NCBI GenBank assembly: GCA_943788025.1
Contig: CALSOR010000004.1
Span: forward strand, 735,231 to 799,230
From: an uncultured Pirellulaceae bacterium
GTDB lineage: Bacteria > Planctomycetota > Planctomycetia > Pirellulales > Pirellulaceae
Length of the DNA: 64,000 bases
Direction: 5' to 3'
The notes beneath the pieces are model-generated. The model worked only from the letters and a program-made list of their open reading frames with translations, was not told the DNA's origin and did not search any database. Below are positions 1 to 8,487 of the stretch, piece by piece. Made by a program: the position numbers and the translations under genes. Every line of letters starts with the position of its first letter. Positions within the stretch are counted from its first letter, which is position 1.

Positions 1-965
1 CGAGTAACGAAAAATTCTCGGCTGAGCCAGATCTGCAGTTGCGTCGGCTGTCGCGGCAACTTCGATGTCTCTTAGCTTGACGATCTTCTCAAATTTTTCC
101 ACAGCGTTTGTTGTCCCGCTCAAAATAAACTGACTTTCGAACGCGAGCACGATTACCTTAAGCCTTTCACCATTTTCTTCGTCCGCAAATGTGTTTTCAT
201 CATCAAGCGGCATTAGCTCAGCGGCAATAGTCAGGATTTCTTCAGGCATTGCATGCTTCAACGGCAAAAGCTTCAAGACTTCTTCTTTGCCTGTTTTCGC
301 CATTTCCAGGAATCGCTGGATCAGACGAAGTTGCTCCCCAGTCTCGCGAACGAACAAAATGTTGCTCAACGGCAACAGAAGGCTCTTTCCACCTTGATCC
401 CGAACCAATGGCTGGATTTGATCAAAGAAAGAGTCCGCATCGATGCCAGAGACATCAAATTCCGTTTGGGTCATCTCAAATCGACCGCGATTTGGAAGTT
501 CAGTTAAAGGAATGGTCTCAATCATCGTTGAAGGAATTTCAACGTTGAGGTCGTGAACGAAAATCATGTTCGCATGACGGATCAATACAAAGTTTTGCTC
601 TCGCATGAGAAAACTGTTGATCAGGTCCATTGCTTCAAGCAGCGTGAATTCACCGTTGCTGCTATAGGTAAATGAACCTTCCGGAGTGACCGGCATGTTG
701 AGGTCCAACATGGCCTCTTCAGCAAAACCGCGAATCACCTTCGCCCAGTCTGTGTTCTTATACTCGAATCTCAGCTTTCCAGAATTGAAATCTGGTCGAA
801 CTCGATCGTCAGACCTACCCTTGGTGGCCGCGGATTCGGATTTATCCGCTGCTGACGATGGATCGGACGGTGGATCGGCTTTTTTCTTCTCGTCCTGACC
901 GAATGCAGCGATCGAAAATACAGCGAGCACGCCAAATGCACAAAAAATCTGTTGTTACGAGGCAT
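1..965 (-). CDS. Secretin/GspD-like outer-membrane protein, N-terminal part. The gene continues past the window start and its frame is broken near codon 8.
   Basis: A minus-strand frame is open from nt 953 to the window edge. It is absent from the ORF track because it is partial. The translation ..FGVLAVFSIAAFGQDEKKKADPP..LRFEYKNTDWAKVIRGFAEEAMLDLNMP..LKLLPLKHAMPEEILTIAAELM resembles secretin N0/N1 modules. The only sensible start, ATG 965 (MPRNNRFF), is one frame off across an A6 run at 942-947. Confidence 0.55.
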
Positions 966-1233
966 TTTCTCAAAAACCCGAATAAAAGTTAATTTCAGGA
1001 CCAAAACGATCCACTAATTTCAAAATCAAAACCAAGACGCATGATTTCAAGATCACCAAACCTTGCCATCGTAATCGCCAAAAGTTCACAATCTAGAGGT
1101 TCCGCCCTCTAAAGTTGTCTTCTAAGCCAAGTAAACCTTGCTGAATGCTGATCGTTTCGAAAAAAATCATTATTGTGTTAAAATAATGGGATCTTGCTCT
1201 ATTTTTACTGACCGTCGAGCGAAGGGTTTCTGC

Positions 1234-2697
1234 ATGCTGGCTGCTATTTTTAATGCAATGGGTACGTCCGTCGCAAAAAGCACCATTGCCAAAACACCAA
1301 ATCTCTTACTTCTGCTGACGTGGTTCATTGCCTCTCCAGCAATGGGGCAAGCTGAGTCAGATGCTGACCCACGGATGTTCGGCTTTAAAATCCCGAAAGG
1401 GAAAGTGACTTGGCTGAAAGGCAATTCCAATGCAGTGATTAACTCGAGCGGGGGCAAACTCATCGCTAAACCCCATGTCAAGGTTGGCGACAACGTGATC
1501 ATGATCATGCCAGACGGAAAGCTTGAACCGGTCAATAAGTCGCAGATTACCGACTGGACGAACGATAAGGTCAAATGGAAAACGCCCGAAGACATGGTCG
1601 ATATTGTCTTGAAAGACCCCCGCCTCCGCGGCATGCGGACCCGCGTTCGCCGAAAACATCTATTTGTCTACAACTGCTCCGAAAAAATGGCTGACGTTAC
1701 AATGCGAGTCATGGAGAGCATGACCACCGGTGTTGTCAATTACATGAAAACACTGGGGCTCAAGGCCAAGCCGCCCGAGGCCCCATTGGTCGTGATCATG
1801 TTTAGGACCGAAGCTCAATACCAGGCTTACGATCGCAAGCCCCCGGGTGCCATCGCCTACTACAACATTATCAATAACAATGTTGTGCTTTATGAAGAAT
1901 CAGGTCTGATTGCGATCGACCGCGATCTTGCGATTGGCGAGGCGTTATCGACGATTGCCCATGAGGGTGCACATCAAATCCTTGCAAACACGGGAATTCA
2001 ATCGAGACTGTCCGGTTGGCCGATGTGGATTTCCGAAGGAATGGCCGAATACCTTGCCCCAACTGAAGTGACCAGGAACCTTCGTTGGAAAGGTGCAGGC
2101 AAGCTTAACGAAATGCGGATGTTGGAACTGGAAACGCATTTGCGGATGCGTGCGATTGAAGGGATCGATGGATCGGTTCTTCAGGATGCCGTTGCTACCG
2201 CTCGACTTGATTCAACCGGCTACGCTACGGCTTGGTCACTCACAAACTTTCTTTCTAAGTATCGCAAAAAAGGGTTTAGGGAATACTTGCTCGCCTGTTC
2301 CAAACTTCGCCCGTTCGAAGGTTCATTTTTGAAACCTGCTGCGGAAATCAAAACGCTTGAAGATTTGCGAAAACAAAAAATTAAAAAAAACACGACCGAG
2401 TTCGAGCAATTCTTTGGCTCTGAATGGAAGGATCTGGAAACCGAAATGATTAAGTTCCTCGTCCGCCAAAAATTCGAATCGCCGTTCAGTGCATTCGTTC
2501 ACTATGCCGTGTTGGCAGAAGTCGTGGACGACGATCTAAAAACAAAAAAATTGACTGGTGTTTTTTATACGCCACGCCTTGCCCAGGAATATGCAACGGT
2601 GATCAGCAAGAGGTTCGCCACAGGTGGTGCTCCCACGATCAAAATCGTCAAGTGTCCGGATCGGGCAACCGCCGTTCGCCAAACGAATCAATTTTAG
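1234..2697 (+). CDS. DUF1570-family putative zinc metallopeptidase, secreted
   Basis: ORF 1138..2697. The HEGAHQ and WISEGMAEY motif pair is typical of DUF1570/MA-clan peptidases. A signal-peptide-like N-terminus (MLAAIF..LLLLLTWFIASPAMGQAES) begins at ATG 1234. The track start at 1138 is TTG. Confidence 0.75.
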   Translation: MLAAIFNAMGTSVAKSTIAKTPNLLLLLTWFIASPAMGQAESDADPRMFGFKIPKGKVTWLKGNSNAVINSSGGKLIAKPHVKVGDNVIMIMPDGKLEPVNKSQITDWTNDKVKWKTPEDMVDIVLKDPRLRGMRTRVRRKHLFVYNCSEKMADVTMRVMESMTTGVVNYMKTLGLKAKPPEAPLVVIMFRTEAQYQAYDRKPPGAIAYYNIINNNVVLYEESGLIAIDRDLAIGEALSTIAHEGAHQILANTGIQSRLSGWPMWISEGMAEYLAPTEVTRNLRWKGAGKLNEMRMLELETHLRMRAIEGIDGSVLQDAVATARLDSTGYATAWSLTNFLSKYRKKGFREYLLACSKLRPFEGSFLKPAAEIKTLEDLRKQKIKKNTTEFEQFFGSEWKDLETEMIKFLVRQKFESPFSAFVHYAVLAEVVDDDLKTKKLTGVFYTPRLAQEYATVISKRFATGGAPTIKIVKCPDRATAVRQTNQF

Positions 2698-2731
2698 TCA
2701 TCTCCAATCGAGCATTTTGTGGCCGGGTTGG

Positions 2732-2781
2732 CCAGCGATTTCGCGCAATGACTCCAGCGATTTCGCGCAATGACTCCAGCG
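2732..2781. repeat. 22-bp tandem direct repeat, 2.3 copies (ccagcgatttcgcgcaatgact)
   Basis: Two identical 22-mers sit at 2732-2753 and 2754-2775, followed by a 6-nt partial copy. The repeat lies in the convergent intergenic gap between the 2697 (+) and 2891 (-) stops. Confidence 0.95.
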
Positions 2782-2890
2782 GAATTCAGATCAAAACGAA
2801 GCAGTCTGGCGATGCACCGGTTGCTTCTTCCTTTGAATGATGATTTGAGCACCTTGCTTTCGCATTTCGACAATTTCACCTTTGCATTCG

Positions 2891-4582
2891 TTATTTACCA
2901 CGGATATCCAAACGATTGGGGATCGAAAACAACCCTCCACCAAAACCGCCACCACCTTGACTGCCACCACCCAAGCCTCCTCCTCCGAACCCACCCCCAG
3001 CACCTTGCTTTGAGTTGCCATTCTCAATATTTTGAATCAGCTCAGCTATCTTCAAGTGATTCTCGTTGGTTTGCCGTATCATAAGCACGGAATTTTCCAG
3101 CGAAATCGCAGGTTCTTTTCCCTTGACTTCCAAGACCGTGGGTGTTGACGGCAACATTCTGACCGTTCCAATTGCCTCACTATTTTCTTTGGTCATCCAA
3201 CTATCGGGCGCCACCAACTCCTTCAAAGCCAAACCCAAACTCATTGCAATCGAGGTTTGCATTTTATAAAAAACCGTTCTGACTTCCTTGCCCGGATCTT
3301 TTTGCTCACGAAATTTTGAACTCTTCAAGGCTTGCCGATAGGCCTTTAATTGACGCAATACAATTCCATGAATTCGCTCAGTTTGCCAAAGCACCATGAG
3401 GCCGCTTTTGGGGAAATCAATCGTTCCGAATGCGCCACTGGTTTCTAGCCAGGTGTCTGGATTCACTTGAGTCATGATCGCATCGGCTAAAGCGTCTGAC
3501 TCTTCAACATTTCTGCAAAGATCGCGAACGTCGTAAATAGCGACCTTACCCCGCGGAGCCTCCGTTTCGATGGAACATAAGAGAACGGTTCCGTCTTGAA
3601 GTGTCCAGTCGATTTTAAACTTGGCCGACAGCGCCATTAAGATCGTCGACAACTTCTGATTTGAAAGACTCAAGGTCAATGGTTCGCGATCACGAATCCC
3701 TGCATCTCGAAAATCAGCACGATCAATTCGAATTTCAATTCCACCCAGTTTGCTGATTTCGCCGATTGCATCAATCAGTGGTTTATCATCAAAACTGACC
3801 GAGACACGGGTCGCCAATTTCTCGCGGATTGAGATATGCTCAATCGCGTCGCCAACAAAGGTTTGTCGCCCATGTTTTTTCAATCCGGCCAACAAGCCTT
3901 CAACAGTTCGTTTTGCGCGACCTGTTTGCTGCATAAATAATACGTCCCCCAGAAGAACCAACGTGCCTGGTCCACCGGTTGTACCCGACCAACTCTGCGA
4001 ATCAACGCTATTCTGCAGCAGCTCGATTAATATTTCTGGCGAGTAGCCGGAGTCGAAAAATTCGCCGACGTTAATTGTCGTAGGCATCACGTGCCTATCC
4101 GCAAATGACTTCGACGTCAAATAAAGAATGCCCTCCTCGACATACCAGCCAACCTCAATCGAATTCAATCGATCCAACAGCAGGTACGCAGGCTGGTTGG
4201 TTAATTGATCGTTGACCGGATCACTTAAAAGAATCCGCTTGGTGGCAAACTCTGATTCATCCACCAAAACGGTGACGCCAATCTCCTTTTTGATCCATTC
4301 TATGACTTCACGAATCGAAGTCCCATCAAACGAAACCGATACCTTTTTCCGCAGTGGCTCAAAAACAAACCGAGACGGATCAACGGCTTTGGGCTCGTCG
4401 GGTATCAAAATTTCTTTCGTATTGCCCGCTTTTTCATCATCTGATTTCGCATCGTCTGATACCGCCTTATCGGCGATCCCGGAGGAATCTGCGGCCAATT
4501 TTGTCTGGCAGTCGCCAATATTAAAAAAGCAAAAATGAGAAAGCGTAAACACCGCGACGAACGCGCATCGAGATAGAGACAT
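2891..4582 (-). CDS. Secreted hypothetical protein with repeated secretin-N/STN-like modules and a Gly-rich C-terminal tail
   Basis: 563-aa ORF with a signal-like N-terminus (MSLSRCAFVAVFTLSHFCFF). Internal modules are similar to each other (VSVSFDGTSIREVIEWIKKEIGVTVLVDE.. and VSVSFDDKPLIDAIGEISKLGGIEIRIDR..). The C-terminal tail is GGGFGGGGLGGGSQGGGGFGGGLF. Confidence 0.8.
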   Translation of the reverse strand: MSLSRCAFVAVFTLSHFCFFNIGDCQTKLAADSSGIADKAVSDDAKSDDEKAGNTKEILIPDEPKAVDPSRFVFEPLRKKVSVSFDGTSIREVIEWIKKEIGVTVLVDESEFATKRILLSDPVNDQLTNQPAYLLLDRLNSIEVGWYVEEGILYLTSKSFADRHVMPTTINVGEFFDSGYSPEILIELLQNSVDSQSWSGTTGGPGTLVLLGDVLFMQQTGRAKRTVEGLLAGLKKHGRQTFVGDAIEHISIREKLATRVSVSFDDKPLIDAIGEISKLGGIEIRIDRADFRDAGIRDREPLTLSLSNQKLSTILMALSAKFKIDWTLQDGTVLLCSIETEAPRGKVAIYDVRDLCRNVEESDALADAIMTQVNPDTWLETSGAFGTIDFPKSGLMVLWQTERIHGIVLRQLKAYRQALKSSKFREQKDPGKEVRTVFYKMQTSIAMSLGLALKELVAPDSWMTKENSEAIGTVRMLPSTPTVLEVKGKEPAISLENSVLMIRQTNENHLKIAELIQNIENGNSKQGAGGGFGGGGLGGGSQGGGGFGGGLFSIPNRLDIRGK

Positions 4583-4664
4583 AAAATTCCTTCAGCATGA
4601 AAGTTTGCCCCAAGATGTCGCACACAATTAACAAGACATTGGCCCGACTGCGACTGGCATTGGC

Positions 4665-4694
4665 AGTATCATTGCCGCGTCTTTTACTTGTCAA
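4665..4694 (-). promoter_or_regulatory. Candidate sigma70-type promoter (TTGACA-N18-GATACT) upstream of the 563-aa gene
   Basis: The minus strand reads ttgaca(4694-4689)-18 nt-gatact(4670-4665), about 80 nt upstream of ATG 4582. This is a hexamer match only, and such matches are expected by chance at a low rate in 64 kb. Confidence 0.2.
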
Positions 4695-4750
4695 GTCATT
4701 TGCAAAAATAACGGCTACAATCTACGGTCGGTTTTTGACCTTCCGATAAC

Positions 4751-7600
4751 CTATTCATTTTTCACTTGATCCCAAACCGTTAGTCCCTCCAGCGATTTGC
4801 GATTTGCGCCCACCACGATACTTGTGACAAACCCAACGACAAAGCAAATTGCAATTCCGATAAATGCGTAAAGGTATCCACTGACCTTATAGGCGTCGGA
4901 ACCCACCGCTTCAAAAATGGCACGGAATCGATAACCAATGACAGAGATGTCTTTTGCCGCCAAAACGACAATGGACATTATCCCAATTGCAACGAATGCA
5001 CCAATCAAACTACCTGTTGGGTTTGCCCGTCGCGTCATAGCTCCCAATGCAAACAAACCAGCCAACACGCCGAGAAACATCCCCAAGATCCCGATGTACA
5101 AATCAAACTGACTTTTTATCGATGGATCAATAAACCAAAGCCCAACAAAGGTTCCCAATATCCCCATCAACAACGTGATCACGCGGGCCGCCCAAAGGTA
5201 TCCCGCATCAGAACCAAACAGTTTCATTGGCTTCAAGAAGTCGGTGACAATCGTGGTCGCACCCGAATTCATACTCGTTGAAACGGTGGACTGAGCCGCG
5301 GCAAAAATCCCCGCAACAACCAAGCCGGCCAACCCGATAGGCAATTGCTGACTGATAAACAGCGGCATGATCCGATCCGAGGCGATCGTAGGATCCAACT
5401 GTGCGGGATGCGTTCGGTAGAACATCCAAAACGCAGTACCCAAACCAAAAAAGATCGTCGTTGCAAAAATCGCCATGAATCCATTCAGCCAAATCGAACG
5501 AGCGGCGGCCTTCTCATCAGTCGTCGTCATGTACCGTTGCACAACCGCTTGGTCGGCCGTGTAGCTCGCAATATTTTGCCCAACACCGCCTAAAACAACT
5601 ACCCAAATCGCCATCGTTGTGAATGACATCGTTGAAAAATCGATGTTGATCAGTTCGAACTTTCCCGCCGTCACCGCCGCGACTAAACTCCCCTCCCCTG
5701 ACCCAATAAACGCGAATATCAAACACAAGACAGCACCGCCCATGAGAACAAACGTCTGGATCGTGTCGGTCCAGACGACTGCTTCAATTCCGCCAAGTGT
5801 ACAATAGATGATGGACAACGCCCCCATCACCAACACACATTGGGCAGGTGACAGCGGCGTGACACTTGCCAATGCCATCGCCGCAAGCGCAAGCACAACT
5901 CCCATACGAAACACATGAAACACGCTAAAGCTGGCTGAGCCAATCCATCGCGCCGTTCTGTTGAATCGCTTTTCCAGATACTCATACGCACTTGTCGCAT
6001 CGATTCGGCGAAAAAAAGGCAAAGCAACGAAAATGGCGATGGGCGCAACGCACAAGATCAAACCATTTCCGATCGCATAAACCCAATTCTGCGCAAATGC
6101 CTTTGCAGGGACTGCCATGTAGGTAATTGAGCTGAGCATGGTTGCAAAAATGCTGCATCCAGCAGCCCACCACGGAATACTTTTTCCTCCACGGAAATAA
6201 TCGTCAGTCGTTTTATTTCGCAACGTAAAATAAATGCCAACTCCGACCATTGCAATCAAGTAAACGACCACGACTGTCATATTGATTACGCCAAAGGTAG
6301 CCGAAGTTTCATTGACACGAATCCGCCATACCTTATTCGTTCGAACGCGAGGTTTGATCTCGCCACTGACCAAAAACAGATCCTCGCCCCATTTCACCGC
6401 AGGAGTGGTGACCTGATTGATCGGGATTTCACCGAAGGGCGTCCAGGTGTTGGTCACCGTATGATAGGAATATGCCTGTTTTGGAAAACCTGGATGGCTG
6501 AATTGAGAATCGGGAACGCCCGAATCCAACATCTTCTTTAAAATGTCCCCTGACGCGTAACTCAACACGATGACGTGAGCCGGCCCAACGGGCAATGCGG
6601 TTCCGGCCGTCAACGCAACCGGTGAATCCGCCAGACGCTTCCAAGCCATATCGCCTGAATATTCTTGAGTCGTGTTATCAAATTTTTCCGGCTCATATTT
6701 GGATGGATCAAACGACCAACAGTCGCCACAAAACTTTAAATTCGCTAGATCTGCCGTGTCTGAACCATCAACGAAATGCCGTCCACCAAGCACGTACAAT
6801 CGATCTCCGAACCCGTCGTGCTGGGCAACGACCAGTGGAAACATTCGTCGAGGCCCATCGTTTGGCCAACTTGCAATTTGCTCCCAAAGCTGAGTCGATT
6901 GATTCACATCGCGGTTCAAACCGTTCTCTAGTTCTGAAAGCTTCAAACGCCAAACGACTCGACTAGCGTGATTGCTACCATCCACCTTTCGAACCTGACC
7001 AGCAACCAGATAAATGTAATCGCCAACTAGAGCAGCTCCCGACGCCGTGCAAGCCATTGGCAAATCAGGGACACCGAGATCATTTTCGCTTATCGATGCT
7101 TTCAATGTTCCCTTGTCAATCGTCGCCTGCAGAAGAAACGCTCGATGCTTCGATCCATCGGCATCATTGCCACCCAAACACAACACACCAAACGGCGTGC
7201 TGACCACCGCCGAATAACCCACCGGCTGGCTTAGTTTCCCAACATTATTTTGATTCCATTGAAAACGGACATCATCTCCATCTCCCGTCTTCGACAACAC
7301 CCAAATGCCATCAAGGTATTTTTTGGGAACCTCCCAAAGTTTTGGGTCATCGGACTTCGCAAAATTTGCGCCGCCAGCAACGATCAGCAAATCGTCGTGG
7401 ATGCCGACAATTGGACCTGCGACACCGATATCATTGGGCAAGTTTGGAACATTGTCGAAACGAAGCCGATTTTCCGTGTGGGAAGCATCGCGGTTCTGTT
7501 TTTTTCCAACTTGCGAATCCTCATCCGCATTGGATGTCAATGGTAAAGCAACAAAAATCACAACAAGTATTCGGAAATGATTTACACATCGAAAAAACAT
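4751..7600 (-). CDS. Fusion protein: N-terminal Kelch/NanM-like (cyclically permuted mutarotase) beta-propeller plus C-terminal sodium:solute symporter (SSS/SLC5 family)
   Basis: 949-aa ORF with signal peptide MFFRCVNHFRILVVIFVALPLTSNA. Kelch-like blades are visible (LLIVAGGANF, GVLCLGGND, DYIYLVAGQ, RLYVLGGRHF). From about residue 445 there are SSS hallmarks (GGKSIPWWAAGCSIFATMLSSITYMAVPAKAF) and many TM helices. Confidence 0.8.
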   Translation of the reverse strand: MFFRCVNHFRILVVIFVALPLTSNADEDSQVGKKQNRDASHTENRLRFDNVPNLPNDIGVAGPIVGIHDDLLIVAGGANFAKSDDPKLWEVPKKYLDGIWVLSKTGDGDDVRFQWNQNNVGKLSQPVGYSAVVSTPFGVLCLGGNDADGSKHRAFLLQATIDKGTLKASISENDLGVPDLPMACTASGAALVGDYIYLVAGQVRKVDGSNHASRVVWRLKLSELENGLNRDVNQSTQLWEQIASWPNDGPRRMFPLVVAQHDGFGDRLYVLGGRHFVDGSDTADLANLKFCGDCWSFDPSKYEPEKFDNTTQEYSGDMAWKRLADSPVALTAGTALPVGPAHVIVLSYASGDILKKMLDSGVPDSQFSHPGFPKQAYSYHTVTNTWTPFGEIPINQVTTPAVKWGEDLFLVSGEIKPRVRTNKVWRIRVNETSATFGVINMTVVVVYLIAMVGVGIYFTLRNKTTDDYFRGGKSIPWWAAGCSIFATMLSSITYMAVPAKAFAQNWVYAIGNGLILCVAPIAIFVALPFFRRIDATSAYEYLEKRFNRTARWIGSASFSVFHVFRMGVVLALAAMALASVTPLSPAQCVLVMGALSIIYCTLGGIEAVVWTDTIQTFVLMGGAVLCLIFAFIGSGEGSLVAAVTAGKFELINIDFSTMSFTTMAIWVVVLGGVGQNIASYTADQAVVQRYMTTTDEKAAARSIWLNGFMAIFATTIFFGLGTAFWMFYRTHPAQLDPTIASDRIMPLFISQQLPIGLAGLVVAGIFAAAQSTVSTSMNSGATTIVTDFLKPMKLFGSDAGYLWAARVITLLMGILGTFVGLWFIDPSIKSQFDLYIGILGMFLGVLAGLFALGAMTRRANPTGSLIGAFVAIGIMSIVVLAAKDISVIGYRFRAIFEAVGSDAYKVSGYLYAFIGIAICFVVGFVTSIVVGANRKSLEGLTVWDQVKNE

Positions 7601-7739
7601 GGCGTTGACATCAGGAGTGAGTTTGGGAGCTTGATTTCAGTCACTTATTGTAACGGTGCTTTTTCTCCAGCGACACGTTGGTCACAATGTTGGAGTCCGT
7701 CAAAAGAAACCAAATTTGATCCAAAAATCCAGAACGTCC

Positions 7740-8324
7740 ATGAATCCATCGAACGAGGCAATCAACTCGATTTTCAAGAGTTTCAATCAGATCATCTGGA
7801 TTGTCACTTCATCATATGAGAATCAACGCGGCGGACTGACTGCGACCTGGGTGCATCAAGCATCCATCGATATAGAAAATCCAATCGTCAACATCGGCCT
7901 GGCGCCCAACCACCACACTTGCGAACTTGTTTCACAATCTAAACGGGTTGGATTGCATTTACTTCGTCCTGACCAAGCGGAGGTTGCCTATCAATTTGCC
8001 AAACCTAGCGGGCGAGACTTTGACAAGTTTGACGGCATTGACGTGCTAGAAACCGAGCCTCCGCTGCTGACCGATTGCCACACCAGTTTTAAATGCGACG
8101 TATTTTCAAGAACGGACGCTGGAGACCGAATCTATTTTTTAGCCGACATAATCGACTTCAAACAAAATTCAGTCGGGCCGACGATGAAAGAAAGTGACTT
8201 CTTTTCGCAATGCAGTTACAAACAAATCGCCCAACTTAAATCTGATTTATCGACGGACGTTGCGATTCAGCGTCCACTGCTACGCTCGTTTAGACAACAC
8301 AAATCCGAAACGGACGATTCTTAA
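7740..8324 (+). CDS. Flavin reductase-like (FMN-binding split-barrel) protein
   Basis: ORF 7656..8324. IVTSSYENQRGGLTATWVHQASID..VGLHLL..QFAKPSGRDFDKFDG resembles the flavin reductase domain. ATG 7740 (MNPSNEAINS) is the likely start, because the upstream part overlaps the promoter gap. Confidence 0.65.
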   Translation: MNPSNEAINSIFKSFNQIIWIVTSSYENQRGGLTATWVHQASIDIENPIVNIGLAPNHHTCELVSQSKRVGLHLLRPDQAEVAYQFAKPSGRDFDKFDGIDVLETEPPLLTDCHTSFKCDVFSRTDAGDRIYFLADIIDFKQNSVGPTMKESDFFSQCSYKQIAQLKSDLSTDVAIQRPLLRSFRQHKSETDDS

Positions 8325-8487
8325 ATCAAACCATTATGAAACCGGATCCCAGGGTGCCGAATGACTCGTTCACCACCTACAAAATTGGCGGGCGTGACTT
8401 TAACGGAACAGGTTGGCAATAAAAGTTATACTTCGATCGACTTGAAATGGCTCACGCCCCAAAACCAACTGCTGCATACCTCCTGCT

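Noticed and set aside
1138-1233. N-terminal extensions given by the ORF track for several genes (1138, 7656, 23671, 32288, 33617, 35760, 40735, 51502, 56169)
   Set aside because: The extensions begin at TTG or GTG or at far-upstream codons, precede obvious signal peptides or conserved N-termini, or overlap neighbouring genes or promoter gaps. Internal ATG starts were preferred.
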